DNA from: an uncultured Gammaproteobacteria bacterium
Lineage (GTDB): Bacteria; Pseudomonadota; Gammaproteobacteria; SZUA-229
DNA: 64,000 nt
NCBI GenBank assembly: GCA_942492025.1
Contig: CALODJ010000003.1
Span: 79,648 to 143,647, forward strand
Reading direction: 5' to 3'
The position numbers were made by a program, and so were the translations under genes. The notes under the pieces are model-generated. The model did not search any database, was not told the origin of the DNA, and worked only from the letters and a program-made list of their open reading frames with translations. Below are positions 42,442 to 52,631 of this stretch, one piece after another (the stretch's first letter is position 1; each line of letters opens with the position of its first letter).

Positions 42442-43860
42442 TCACAACAACGGGGAAGCAAGCCGGGCAATTTGTGCGGCAACACGAAACGGCAGTGGCT
42501 TGTTGTCGTAGTGTTCGCACAGCACTAACGCACTGTTTTCCAGATCGTCGGTCAACATGGCTTCGATCTGTTTGATGAATTCATCATCTGCAACCAGCGC
42601 CGTGGCCTCGAAGTTAAGATACAGCGAGCGGTTGTCCAGGTTCACCGTACCGACACCGGCGACGACATCATCAACCAGTATCACCTTCTGATGCATGAAG
42701 CGGTCACGAAAGCGGTACAGGCGTACGCCACTGCTCAGCATGTCACCGTAGTAGGTGTAAGCGGCAAGTTCGACGATTCGCTGGTCGGCCTTGTCGGGCA
42801 GGATGATGCGAACATCAACGCCTCTGAGCGCCGCCGCTTGCAGGGCGACCACCATGGCATCGTCGGGTACAAAGTAAGGGCTGGTGAGCCACAGCCGTGA
42901 TCGTGACTGGCTGATCAGGGTCAGAAATAGGATGCCACAGTTATACACCGCATCTGCCGGACCCGTATTAATGATTGCAACGGCCTGAGCAGAGTCCTTG
43001 GCGGGTTTGATTACTGAGCTGAGTGGCACAATCTGCCGGGTCGCCCAGTACCAGTCCTTGAGAAAAGAGAACTCGATGTGCTGCGCAGCGGGTCCATCCA
43101 GCCTCAAATGCGTGTCGCGATATTTGAGGTATTCCTCGCCGAGGTTGTGGCCGCCAATGAAACCGATATGTCCGTCAACGACCAGCAGCTTGCGGTGATT
43201 ACGGAAGTTGATCTGGAAACGGTTACTACGACCTTTTGTGGTTTTGAAACCAGAGACTGTTATGCCTGCGTCGCGCATCGTATCAAGATAGCTGTCCGGT
43301 AATTTGATGCTACCTATTTCGTCATACAGGAACAGGACACGCAGACCGCTGCGAACCTTATCGATCAGTGCATCACGCAGGCGACGACCGACAGCATCAT
43401 CGCGGACAATATAGAATTGCACCAGTACATAGGCTTCAGCTGATTCGATTGCGTTGATCATTGCATCATAGGTTGCCTCACCGTCGATCAGCAGCTCGAC
43501 CTGGTTTGCGCGCAGAAAGGGTATATGGGTGAGGTTTCTGCTCAGCGCCTCGATAACCTCGAGCCCGTGGCGTGGCTTGGCGGCCATGGCGTTCATTTGC
43601 GCCAGCCACTCCTGTACTCGCGTGCCGACGCTCGCTTCCGCTTTACGCAGTGCTTCGGTATAACCGAGAAAGCGCGTGCGGCCAAACACGACATATAACG
43701 GTACTGTGATCAGTGGCATAGTGATCAGCGCAATAAACCAGGCAATTGCACCCTGGGACGAGCGCGGCTGCATGACTGCGTTGATAGCAAGCACCACACC
43801 GAGAATTTCTGCCACGAGCAGGACGGTACCGATAATGGTGAGCTGCTGCAAATCAAGCAT
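42442..43860 (-). CDS. cls: Cardiolipin synthase
   Basis: Two HKD motifs (NFRNHRKLLVVD, FMHQKVILVDD), NLDNRS, N-terminal TM pair. Confidence 0.9.
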   Translation of the reverse strand: MLDLQQLTIIGTVLLVAEILGVVLAINAVMQPRSSQGAIAWFIALITMPLITVPLYVVFGRTRFLGYTEALRKAEASVGTRVQEWLAQMNAMAAKPRHGLEVIEALSRNLTHIPFLRANQVELLIDGEATYDAMINAIESAEAYVLVQFYIVRDDAVGRRLRDALIDKVRSGLRVLFLYDEIGSIKLPDSYLDTMRDAGITVSGFKTTKGRSNRFQINFRNHRKLLVVDGHIGFIGGHNLGEEYLKYRDTHLRLDGPAAQHIEFSFLKDWYWATRQIVPLSSVIKPAKDSAQAVAIINTGPADAVYNCGILFLTLISQSRSRLWLTSPYFVPDDAMVVALQAAALRGVDVRIILPDKADQRIVELAAYTYYGDMLSSGVRLYRFRDRFMHQKVILVDDVVAGVGTVNLDNRSLYLNFEATALVADDEFIKQIEAMLTDDLENSALVLCEHYDNKPLPFRVAAQIARLASPLL

Positions 43861-43932
43861 CTATGGTTGCTGTGTGATGCGCTGCTTTCACATTAACAGT
43901 AGTCGGCATTGCGCGAAGGCGGACGTAACGGG

Positions 43933-44277
43933 CTAAATCACCCTGAGTTCCGGTTGTACGATTACACGTTCGAAATCCCTTCCGGCATTCGCCAGCGCTT
44001 GTTCACCATAATCACCTGTAAGCATATGCAGACCCTGGCGGTGGCTTCTTTTTTCACCCAACGTCGCGGTGAAATTGATGAAACGCTGAATGATGTAAGA
44101 CACAACCATACAGGCAGGCAAAATTGCGAGTGCACCCACACCCACTTCAAACGGCGTGGCCCGGTATTGGTATTCAGCAAAACTGACCCGCATCAGACCC
44201 ATGTCATTGTAGCTGTACATCGCGTAGCCGGCGGTGATGATGGCCGCCAGCAAAAGGTAAAAGAACAGACGTTTCAT
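43933..44277 (-). pseudogene. Truncated HemY-like N-terminal fragment (114 aa)
   Basis: Two N-terminal TMs and RQGLHMLTGDY resembling the HemY N-terminus; downstream of hemD; no TPR domain follows. Confidence 0.5.
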
Positions 44278-45047
44278 GTTTTGTAGCCCATTTTGACTTT
44301 TGCATATTCTAGGGCATTCATACAGGCTTCGTCAGTAGCATTTTCAGCAATGATGATGTTGTCGAAGCCCAACGTTTGTGCCAGAGCCTGAGCACGCTCT
44401 CCGGGTACAATCAGAAAGCGCCCGGTAAGCAGTGCCTTGTCACCCGCCAGATCATACAGGTTTCGCAGGCCCTCATTGCTGCTGGTGGTAATAATGTCGG
44501 CTTGCTGAAGGTAGGCGTTTAATCGATTCGCGTCCACCGGTGGCGAGCGCTGATACATATCAGCATAAAACACCACGGCACCCCTGGATTGCAGTGTATC
44601 TCCAAGCAAGGTTCTTCCGCCTTCACCACGAAAGATTACAATTTTCCTGGAGAATATTTGTTCGGCCTGCAATGATGGGTGCTCGAGCAAGGCTTCACTG
44701 TCATGACCATCGGGCTTGATGGCGATAGACAGACCGTGTGATTCGAGCGAGCGGGCCGTTTTGCTGCCAATGGCGGCGAGCTTGATGTCAGCGGGTAATT
44801 TAACGAGATAATCCAGAGTTTTTTCTACCGCAGTTGGGCTGATAAAAATGGCTAGCGCAAACTCGGTCAGATGGTCGCGTGCATAGTCGCGACTTCTCTG
44901 GTCTTCAGGCTCGCTGATCTCAATCGCGGCAAAATGCAAGGCTGTGCCACCGGCGCGCTCGATCAGTTGGCAAAGACCGCCGGCCCGCGATGTCGGGCGC
45001 GTCACCAGAACCTTGAGACCTTGTAATGGTCCTGCGTGCGGTTGCAT
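44274..45047 (-). CDS. hemD: Uroporphyrinogen-III synthase
   Basis: LKVLVTRP, IFISPTAV, AAIGSKTA, DSEALL, IFRGEGGR, TTSSNEGL. Confidence 0.92.
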   Translation of the reverse strand: MQPHAGPLQGLKVLVTRPTSRAGGLCQLIERAGGTALHFAAIEISEPEDQRSRDYARDHLTEFALAIFISPTAVEKTLDYLVKLPADIKLAAIGSKTARSLESHGLSIAIKPDGHDSEALLEHPSLQAEQIFSRKIVIFRGEGGRTLLGDTLQSRGAVVFYADMYQRSPPVDANRLNAYLQQADIITTSSNEGLRNLYDLAGDKALLTGRFLIVPGERAQALAQTLGFDNIIIAENATDEACMNALEYAKVKMGYKT

Positions 45048-45104
45048 TAAGGTTGGATCAGTTGATGCCGGCTCATTGCTGCTTATTCTATTGGAAAGTG
45101 GGCG

Positions 45105-45162
45105 ATTTAGCCCGCATATTGCACGACGACGGACACGCCTGTGTGCATTATGCGGGCTAAAT
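45105..45162. repeat. TAGCCCGCA-family palindrome
   Basis: ATTTAGCCCGCATATTGCAC ... GTGCATTATGCGGGCTAAAT, 20-bp arms, 1 mismatch. Confidence 0.75.
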
Positions 45163-45203
45163 AAATCAATATTTATGTGTCTCAAATACCCAATGCGGGT
45201 ATT

Positions 45204-45938
45204 TCAGACACTCAGATTTTTTAGTTTTTTACGAATGGAAGGCAGGTGGCGGCGGCTGATTTCAAGGATGTCATCGGTATCGTTGAGCACGATGCACTGA
45301 TGACCGGCATCATTTTTCGAAAGACCGGCGATATGGTTTTCAGAAACCAGTGCATTACGGTGTATGCGCACGAACCTGTATTCAAACTCCTGTTCGAGCG
45401 CCTTGAGTGGTTCTTCAATCAAGTATTCATGATCATCGGTTTTCAGGGTGACGTATTTCTGATCGGCCTTGAAATAGATAATGTCCTCGATGGGTACCAG
45501 CTCCAGTGTGCCGCGTGATTTAACGCAGATCTTGCTGCGTGATTCACCTTTATCCGCGATGCGCAGTCGCTGGATCTGGGCACGGGTCAGGCGCTTTGCG
45601 GCGCTCATGGCATTGGCAAGACGCTCCTGCTTGATCGGTTTCAACAGGTAATCGACTGCGTGTGTTTCAAAAGCCTTGAGGGCATGGTCGCTGTAAGCTG
45701 TGGTAAATATGATCGCAGGCGGGTTATCCATCTGGTTGATGTAACCGGCGGCTTCGAGTCCGTCCATGCCCGGCATGCGAATATCCATCAAGACCACATC
45801 TGGACTTGAGTTCATGGTTTGATGAAGAGCCTGTTCTCCGCTGGCAGCTTCACCCACCACCTGTTGGCCCATACCACTGAGCATGTGGCGCAGACGCTGT
45901 CGCGCCAGCTGTTCATCGTCGACGATTAAGACGTTCAT
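45204..45938 (-). CDS. algR: LytTR-family response regulator AlgR
   Basis: LIVDDE, DIRMPGMDG, DYLLKP, FVRIHRNALV, ISRRH. Confidence 0.88.
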   Translation of the reverse strand: MNVLIVDDEQLARQRLRHMLSGMGQQVVGEAASGEQALHQTMNSSPDVVLMDIRMPGMDGLEAAGYINQMDNPPAIIFTTAYSDHALKAFETHAVDYLLKPIKQERLANAMSAAKRLTRAQIQRLRIADKGESRSKICVKSRGTLELVPIEDIIYFKADQKYVTLKTDDHEYLIEEPLKALEQEFEYRFVRIHRNALVSENHIAGLSKNDAGHQCIVLNDTDDILEISRRHLPSIRKKLKNLSV

Positions 45939-45940
45939 AA

Positions 45941-46993
45941 TTATGTGACCGGTATTTCCAGTGTTACGGTGTAATTCCGTTTGGTCGCATTTATATTGAA
46001 CCGTGCGTTGTTACCGTATGCCAGGCGCAGCCGTTGTTCGATGTTATCCTGGGCCATCCGGTTGCCGCTGCTATGTGACTTGTCCGCAGACTCAGGGACC
46101 GGATTACTCACCACGAGTGTCAGGCGCTTGCCCTCGCGCTGCGCGGAAATCTCAATATTCCCGCCATCAGCTAAAGGTTCTATACCATGATAAATAGCAT
46201 TTTCTGCGAGAGGTTGCAGGGATAACGCAGGAATTTCTTCATCAATGAGTGATTTATCGACGTTCCAGTCGACCTGCAGGCGGTCGCCAAGGCGTAACTT
46301 CTCGATATCCAGGTAACTTCGGGTAATGTCGAGTTCGTGCCTGAGGGTGTGCCTGTTCTGTTCCTTCAGGCTGGCGCGGAACAGATCAGACAGGTCTTCG
46401 ATCGCTTTTTCTGCCTTGTCAGGCATGAATGAAATCAGGCTGGCAATCGTGTTCATGCTATTGAACAGAAAGTGTGGACGGATCCTGGCTTTCAACGCCT
46501 GAATTTCCGCACTGGATTGGGCTTGCAGGTTCTGCTTCCATTGTTGCTGGATATAAAAATAGCGCAGCACGATGGCATAAATCGTGCCGCCCATAACCGA
46601 CACACGTAACAGGAAATGCTCGCCCAACGGGGAGGTCGCCTCGTCAAGCTGCATCCAGAGATTCAGCCTGATCAATACCTGTGCAAAAACCAGGGTGACC
46701 GTCATCATGATTGTGAAACTGATGATCATCGTGACCGGTCCGGATAGTCGATTGAGTACTCGGCGGCTAATGCACAATACCGCGGCATTGAGTAACGCGA
46801 TCCATTGCATCATCATCGAAACAAAGGCAAGGATTTCCCAGAATTGTTCTGTTGTCGATGGTATCGCCATCGCAAGCACCATCGCGAGTAACTCAACGAT
46901 CAGCACCAGCATGAAGATCACACGGACATCACAAAAATCCGGCAGCAAGCCGATATTGTTGCTGCCGCCGTCAGTAAATTGTTGTTTTACCAT
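45941..46993 (-). CDS. algZ: LytS-like sensor kinase AlgZ/FimS
   Basis: [47 protein letters not shown]. Confidence 0.85.
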   Translation of the reverse strand: MVKQQFTDGGSNNIGLLPDFCDVRVIFMLVLIVELLAMVLAMAIPSTTEQFWEILAFVSMMMQWIALLNAAVLCISRRVLNRLSGPVTMIISFTIMMTVTLVFAQVLIRLNLWMQLDEATSPLGEHFLLRVSVMGGTIYAIVLRYFYIQQQWKQNLQAQSSAEIQALKARIRPHFLFNSMNTIASLISFMPDKAEKAIEDLSDLFRASLKEQNRHTLRHELDITRSYLDIEKLRLGDRLQVDWNVDKSLIDEEIPALSLQPLAENAIYHGIEPLADGGNIEISAQREGKRLTLVVSNPVPESADKSHSSGNRMAQDNIEQRLRLAYGNNARFNINATKRNYTVTLEIPVT

Positions 46994-47055
46994 GCCTTAC
47001 AAATAGTCGAGCAATTCCGGAATGCAAGTATTGTTCTGTTATACTCGCGTCCAGC

Positions 47056-48459
47056 ATGAGTGATAAACACGACAAACAGACCAATCAGGCCTGGGGCGGG
47101 CGTTTCAGCGAGCAAACTGACGCCTTTGTGGAAGCCTTTACGGCGTCGGTTGAATTCGATCAACGCATGTATCAACAGGACATCACGGGCTCGAGAGCGC
47201 ATGCCCGTATGCTGCACCGGATCGGTGTGCTTTCGGCGGCCGACTGTGAAGCGATCCTGAACGGCCTTGATCGCATCACCGAAGAGATCGAAGCGGGCAG
47301 CTTTGACTGGTCAGTTGCGCGCGAAGACGTTCACATGAATATCGAGGCTCGCTTGACCGAATTGGTGGGTGATGCTGGCAAGCGATTGCATACCGGGCGC
47401 TCACGCAATGACCAGGTGGCAACGGATATTCGCCTTTATTTGCGTGAGCAAATCCGTGTCATTATGTTGCAATTAGTGAATTTACAGAAGGGCCTGCTCG
47501 ACCTGGCAGAGGCCGAAGCCGGCACCATCATGCCCGGTTTTACGCATCTACAGGTTGCCCAGCCGGTGACTTTCGGCCATCACATGATGGCCTGGTTTGA
47601 AATGCTGCAACGTGATGCCACGCGCATGCACGACTGCAGGGTGCGTATGAACGTCTCGCCGCTCGGAGCGGCCGCACTCGCGGGTACCAGCTATCCGATC
47701 GAACGGGAATTTACCGCAGCTGAACTGGGATTCAGCGCACCGGCAGCCAACTCGCTGGATGCGGTCAGTGATCGCGATTTTGCCATCGAATTCTGCGCTG
47801 CCGCTGCCATCCTGATGACCCATTTATCGCGCATGGCTGAGGAAATGGTGATGTGGTCCTCAGCCCAATTCGATTTCATCGAGCTGCCAGACCGTTATTG
47901 CACCGGCTCCTCGATCATGCCACAGAAGAAGAATCCGGATGTGCCGGAACTGGTGCGCGGCAAAACAGGCCGGATCAATGGCCATCTGGTCAGCCTGTTA
48001 ACCCTGATGAAGTCACAGCCGCTGGCCTACAACAAGGACAACCAGGAAGACAAGGAACCCCTGTTCGATACCATCGATACACTGAACGGTTCGTTGCGCG
48101 CCTACGCAGACATGGTGCCTGCACTCAAATGCAAGCGCGAGAATATGTACAAAGCGGCCAAACAGGGCTTTTCTACCGCGACGGATCTGGCGGATTATCT
48201 GGTGCGCAGAGGCTTGCCGTTTCGTGATGCGCATGAGGTCGTAGGCAAAGCCGTGGCCTACGGGGTGGCAAACGACAAGGATTTGAGCGACATGGCTATC
48301 GACGAACTCAAGGTCTTTGCTGACATCATCGACGTAGATGTTTTCGACGTGTTGACGCTGGAGGGTTCGGTTGCTGCCCGTAACCATGTGGGCGGTACTG
48401 CGCCTGAACAGGTGCGCAAGGCGGTCGCGCAGGCGCGCCAGCGATTGATCGAACCGTGA
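47056..48459 (+). CDS. argH: Argininosuccinate lyase
   Basis: [44 protein letters not shown]. Confidence 0.97.
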   Translation: MSDKHDKQTNQAWGGRFSEQTDAFVEAFTASVEFDQRMYQQDITGSRAHARMLHRIGVLSAADCEAILNGLDRITEEIEAGSFDWSVAREDVHMNIEARLTELVGDAGKRLHTGRSRNDQVATDIRLYLREQIRVIMLQLVNLQKGLLDLAEAEAGTIMPGFTHLQVAQPVTFGHHMMAWFEMLQRDATRMHDCRVRMNVSPLGAAALAGTSYPIEREFTAAELGFSAPAANSLDAVSDRDFAIEFCAAAAILMTHLSRMAEEMVMWSSAQFDFIELPDRYCTGSSIMPQKKNPDVPELVRGKTGRINGHLVSLLTLMKSQPLAYNKDNQEDKEPLFDTIDTLNGSLRAYADMVPALKCKRENMYKAAKQGFSTATDLADYLVRRGLPFRDAHEVVGKAVAYGVANDKDLSDMAIDELKVFADIIDVDVFDVLTLEGSVAARNHVGGTAPEQVRKAVAQARQRLIEP

Positions 48460-48504
48460 GCTGGCCACTGAGGCGGAGTGTTCACTGCGCCCTCTGGGCC
48501 AAAT

Positions 48505-48846
48505 TCATTGATTCAATTGTTCATACAATAGCGATTCTGCGTCTGTGTACAGATGCTTCAGTTTTTCGAGCAGTTCAGCCGTGCCTTTGGTTGAGCCGGA
48601 GCGGCCAATGATTTCGATCTGCTCAGCTACGGAGGCCAGGCCGCTTGCACCGATACTGCTGCTGGAACTTTTCATCTTATGTGCCAGATTGAATACGCCT
48701 TCGGCGTCCTCATTGGCCACTGCCCGGCTCAGTTCTTCGATCTGGCCCGGTACATAATCAACAAAAGTCTGTAAAACTTCATTCAGTGCATCACCCATCA
48801 GGCTGCGTAGCTCGTCGAGCGCTTCCATGTTAAGTGCTTGATCCAT
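48505..48846 (-). CDS. Stand-alone Hpt phosphotransfer protein
   Basis: LAHKMKSSSSSIGA His motif in a helical bundle. Confidence 0.85.
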   Translation of the reverse strand: MDQALNMEALDELRSLMGDALNEVLQTFVDYVPGQIEELSRAVANEDAEGVFNLAHKMKSSSSSIGASGLASVAEQIEIIGRSGSTKGTAELLEKLKHLYTDAESLLYEQLNQ

Positions 48847-48896
48847 GCCAAATTCCTGTAATGATTGTCGTCTGTCAGAGTATAGACGCTGTTTTG

Positions 48897-49247
48897 TTAT
48901 CGGGTGATGCGCGAGCTCATATCACCGACGAGCACCGCTTCAGGCACCTGCAGCTTGATAGCCGCTGCTATTTCCATAAACAGGCCCGGTTCGGGCTTGA
49001 ATGATACCCACAGGGTGTTGAGTTTCATGTCCATGTTGGCAAACACGATGTCCGATTTGAACTGCTTGAGGGCGCGGTCAATATCATTCAGTGTGCGCTT
49101 GATGTGGTGTTCCGGCTTGTGGCGTAACCTGGGTATAATCATCAGAAAGTCACCCACACGATTCCCGTTTTCATCGCGTGTGGGTGCTATCTTCCATAAC
49201 GGCTCTGCGGGTGACATATCTATACTCAAGGTGATCGTATTATCCAT
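48897..49247 (-). CDS. Hypothetical protein
   Basis: 116-aa ORF (EPLWKIAPTRDE..DFLMIIPRL) co-oriented with its neighbours. Confidence 0.7.
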   Translation of the reverse strand: MDNTITLSIDMSPAEPLWKIAPTRDENGNRVGDFLMIIPRLRHKPEHHIKRTLNDIDRALKQFKSDIVFANMDMKLNTLWVSFKPEPGLFMEIAAAIKLQVPEAVLVGDMSSRITR

Positions 49248-49321
49248 CCGAATAGCCCGTTTAATGGTAGCCTGTGCTTAATATTAGCGCATCTTTGGAA
49301 TTCGATGTGGAATCCTGCGCC

Positions 49322-49999
49322 TTAGCGTAAAAGACGTGACAGCCACTCGCCAATATCGCTGATTTGTTGCGGACAAACACTGTGCCCCATGGGGTAATCC
49401 TGCCATTGCACCGGGTAGCCTTGTTGCTGCAGCAGTGTGCGTGTCTGCAGGCCAGATTGCAGTGCCACCACGTCATCGTGCAGGCCATGGGCCAAAAATA
49501 TCGGCGTTCGGCGGTTCGCGTCTGAGGCCTCCTGCCTCAGTCGTTGATGCATCGGTAGATACGTGGACAGGGCCAGGACGCCGCCCAGACGGTTTTTATA
49601 GCGTAATCCGGCATACAGCGCGATCGCGCCGCCCTGTGAAAAACCCGCGAAAACAACGCGTTCGGCTGCAATCCCCTGTGCAACCTGCTGATCACACAGG
49701 CTCATCATGAATTTACTGGATTCGATGATGCCGGCTTCATCATCCCTGTTGGCGATATCGAGGCTGGTGATATCGTACCAGCCGCGCATGCGGTAACCCT
49801 GGTTGATGGTGATCGGTCTCAGGGGTGCATGCGGAAAGATGAAACGGATGTTGACTGAGTCGGGCAGCACGAGCTCGGACACGATCGGGACGAAATCGTT
49901 GCCATCGGCACCAAGACCGTGCAGCCATATCACGGCGGCATCGACAGGCACGGAATCATCATCACGGGTTTGAACAATTATTGGCGGTTCTTCAGGCAT
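49322..49999 (-). CDS. Carboxylesterase/phospholipase (alpha/beta hydrolase)
   Basis: VIWLHGLGADG, MRGWYDI, GFSQGG nucleophile, AHGLHDDVV, MGHSV. Confidence 0.9.
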   Translation of the reverse strand: MPEEPPIIVQTRDDDSVPVDAAVIWLHGLGADGNDFVPIVSELVLPDSVNIRFIFPHAPLRPITINQGYRMRGWYDITSLDIANRDDEAGIIESSKFMMSLCDQQVAQGIAAERVVFAGFSQGGAIALYAGLRYKNRLGGVLALSTYLPMHQRLRQEASDANRRTPIFLAHGLHDDVVALQSGLQTRTLLQQQGYPVQWQDYPMGHSVCPQQISDIGEWLSRLLR

Positions 50000-50065
50000 A
50001 ATTCGGTAACGACAGGTTTCGGTGAACACAGAATATTGCAATAATCGGCTTTTTACCATGCAATA

Positions 50066-50101
50066 GCCCGCAATTCTCACCATCGGGTGAGAATTGCGGG
50101 C
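50066..50101. repeat. Perfect 16-bp inverted repeat of the TAGCCCGCA family
   Basis: GCCCGCAATTCTCACC-atcg-GGTGAGAATTGCGGGC. Confidence 0.8.
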
Positions 50102-50112
50102 GAGGCGGATAT

Positions 50113-50283
50113 ATGCGAGTTTTATGTTTGTTGCTGACCTGTTTGATGTTGATCGCCTGCGGCAAAACCGGCGCCCTGTACCTGCCCGAGGATGCCGAGA
50201 CGCAGCAGCAGAGTACCGATACCGATACCGATACCGAAGCCGAGACCGAGGCCGAGACCGAAACCATTAAGAAGGCTGAATAA
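50113..50283 (+). CDS. lptM: Small lipoprotein LptM/YifL/LppL family (56 aa)
   Basis: Below ORF cutoff; LIA-CGKTGALYLP motif; TAA overlaps the lysA ATG. Confidence 0.85.
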   Translation: MRVLCLLLTCLMLIACGKTGALYLPEDAETQQQSTDTDTDTEAETEAETETIKKAE

Positions 50284-51551
50284 TGGACTATTTCAATTAT
50301 CGCGAGGATCGGCTCTGGGCTGAGGATGTCGACATCGCCGCGCATGTCGAGCAATGGGGTACACCCTGCTATGTCTACTCGCGTGCCACTCTGGAGCGTC
50401 ACTGGCGTGCTTTCGATGAGGCTTTGTCATCGATTCCACACCTGGTGTGTTACGCCGTCAAGGCCAACTCCAATCTGGCGGTGCTCAATGTGCTCGCCCG
50501 ACTGGGTTCGGGTTTCGATATCGTTTCTGTGGGAGAGCTCGAGCGGGTGCTGGCTGCCGGTGGCGATGCAGCCAGGGTCGTCTTTTCCGGTGTGGGTAAA
50601 CGCAAGGATGAAATAACACGCGCCCTTGACGTCGGCATCCGCTGTTTTAATGTTGAGTCCACCGCTGAACTGGAGCTGATCAATGAGATCGCTGCTGCAC
50701 ACGGTGTAAAGGCGCCTGTATCATTGCGTGTCAATCCCGATGTTGATGCCAGAACACACCCCTACATATCGACCGGCCTGAAAGAAAACAAGTTTGGCAT
50801 TTCCATTGATGAGGCCATGACAGCGTACCAGCGTGCGGCCGACGCTGGCCACATCGACGTCCAGGGGATCGATTGCCATATCGGCTCCCAATTGACGGAA
50901 ATAGCACCATTTGTCGATGCCCTTGAGCGTGTGCTCTTACTGGTTGATCACCTGGCTGAACAGGGCATCAGGCTAAAGCATCTGGACATGGGCGGGGGAC
51001 TGGGTATCCGCTACCGCGATGAAGAGCCACCCGCGCCGGCGGAACATGCCGCCGCAATGGTTGAGCACCTGCAACACCGGGAACTGGAAATTCTAATCGA
51101 ACCAGGTCGCGCCATCGCTGGCAATGCGGGCCTGTTACTGACGCAAGTCCTGTTTTTGAAACACAGCGAAGACAAGAATTTCGCCGTGGTTGATGCGGCA
51201 ATGAATGACCTGATGCGTCCTGCCCTGTACGGTGCCTGGCAGGAGATCGTTCCCCTGCATTTGCGTCAGCCAGGGTCTGCCACGGCCACGGGCCCTGTGA
51301 AAATCTACGATGTTGTCGGCCCAGTCTGTGAAACGGGTGATTTCCTCGGTAAGGATCGTGAACTCGCGCTTGAGCAAGGCGATATCCTGGCCGTTCGCTC
51401 CTCCGGCGCGTATGGTTTCACGATGAGTTCGAACTACAATTCACGTCCGCGTGCGCCCGAGATCATGGTCGATGGTGATACTGCGACGATCGTGCGTGAG
51501 CGTGAAACCTTGCAGCAAGTTATGCAAGGTGAGCGCGTTCTATCTGCATAG
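50283..51551 (+). CDS. lysA: Diaminopimelate decarboxylase
   Basis: YAVKANSN, FSGVGK, HIGSQ, EPGRAI, GPVCETGD, SSNYNSRPR. Confidence 0.96.
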   Translation: MDYFNYREDRLWAEDVDIAAHVEQWGTPCYVYSRATLERHWRAFDEALSSIPHLVCYAVKANSNLAVLNVLARLGSGFDIVSVGELERVLAAGGDAARVVFSGVGKRKDEITRALDVGIRCFNVESTAELELINEIAAAHGVKAPVSLRVNPDVDARTHPYISTGLKENKFGISIDEAMTAYQRAADAGHIDVQGIDCHIGSQLTEIAPFVDALERVLLLVDHLAEQGIRLKHLDMGGGLGIRYRDEEPPAPAEHAAAMVEHLQHRELEILIEPGRAIAGNAGLLLTQVLFLKHSEDKNFAVVDAAMNDLMRPALYGAWQEIVPLHLRQPGSATATGPVKIYDVVGPVCETGDFLGKDRELALEQGDILAVRSSGAYGFTMSSNYNSRPRAPEIMVDGDTATIVRERETLQQVMQGERVLSA

Positions 51552-51643
51552 CTCATGCATTTGACACGACAAATAGTCCTGTTGTTTGTTATGTTCTTTG
51601 ATATGCTAGGTCAATTAAGACCGCTGATATTTAAGGTAACACT

Positions 51644-51814
51644 ATGAATTTATTATCCCGATTAATCATGCTGCTGACATTGTTGCTGGCCCTGGCCGCA
51701 CCCGCCAGTGCCGCTGTGGCGGTGGATCTGGATGGCTACTGTGATGTCGCTGCTGCTGATGATAAAAAAGATGACGAACAGAAGGACGACGAAGAAGAGC
51801 CTGAGTGCGATTAG
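51644..51814 (+). CDS. Small secreted acidic protein with two Cys (56 aa)
   Basis: Below ORF cutoff; MNLLSRLIMLLTLLLALAAPASA-AVAVDLDGYCDVAAADDKKDDEQKDDEEEPECD*; AAGGT RBS-like motif upstream. Confidence 0.8.
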   Translation: MNLLSRLIMLLTLLLALAAPASAAVAVDLDGYCDVAAADDKKDDEQKDDEEEPECD

Positions 51815-51911
51815 TACGGTTTTTAACCATTCCTGTAAACTGCTTCAGTCACTGACAATTTAATCAGGCAGCCGATGCGCTGCCGTTGCAATCAACCGGA
51901 GGAGACTCTCA

Positions 51912-52574
51912 ATGCTTAACGCTAAATCGATGGCCGCCTTTTTGCTGACAGCTGGCCTGGCTATATCAGCCAGTCTGGCCGTGGCGGCTGACAAGCCCGT
52001 TGGCATAACGTCAAAAATGATGGATGCCGAAGTTGTTCACGATGGCAAGAAAGTGAAAATTACTCGCAGCCAGAACAACAAGAATACCGTCAATCCATCG
52101 TTTTCGAAAACTTCACGCCCGTGCCCGCCATTCTGTATCCAGCCGTCAACAGTGGCCGCGGGTGTCGAAACGATCGGTGAGCTCGAGCTCATAGATTACT
52201 TGAAGAAAATGGCAGCAGGTGATGAGAGCATCCTGGTTATCGACTCGCGCACACCAGACTGGGTCAGGAAAGGCACCATTCCCGGTGCGGTCAATATCCC
52301 ATGGACAAAGCTGAACCCTGCCAAGGGTGCAGACCCGATTTCGATCGGCGAAATTCTGCAGGACCAGTTCAACGTCAAGGAGACAGAAGGCCTGTGGAAC
52401 TTCAATGACGCCAAGACACTGGTGATGTTCTGTAACGGTATGTGGTGCGGCCAGTCGCCAAACAACATCAGGAACCTGCTCAAATTCGGTTACCCGGCCC
52501 ATAAACTCAAGTGGTATCGCGGTGGTATGCAGGACTGGGAGATCCTGGGGCTCTCGACCATTCCGGGTAAATAA
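51912..52574 (+). CDS. Periplasmic rhodanese-domain sulfurtransferase (SoxL-like)
   Basis: Signal peptide, KTSRPCPPFCIQP, VIDSRT, GTIPGAVNIPW, FCNGMWCGQS, WYRGGMQDW; GGAG RBS. Confidence 0.8.
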   Translation: MLNAKSMAAFLLTAGLAISASLAVAADKPVGITSKMMDAEVVHDGKKVKITRSQNNKNTVNPSFSKTSRPCPPFCIQPSTVAAGVETIGELELIDYLKKMAAGDESILVIDSRTPDWVRKGTIPGAVNIPWTKLNPAKGADPISIGEILQDQFNVKETEGLWNFNDAKTLVMFCNGMWCGQSPNNIRNLLKFGYPAHKLKWYRGGMQDWEILGLSTIPGK

Positions 52575-52599
52575 GTCCCGCATCGCCTGTTGATGACGG

Positions 52600-52624
52600 A
52601 GGCCGCCTCCAGGTGGCCTTTTTT
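52600..52624 (+). terminator. Rho-independent terminator
   Basis: AGGCCGCCT-cc-AGGTGGCCT followed by a T-run. Confidence 0.7.
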
Positions 52625-52631
52625 ATGTTTT

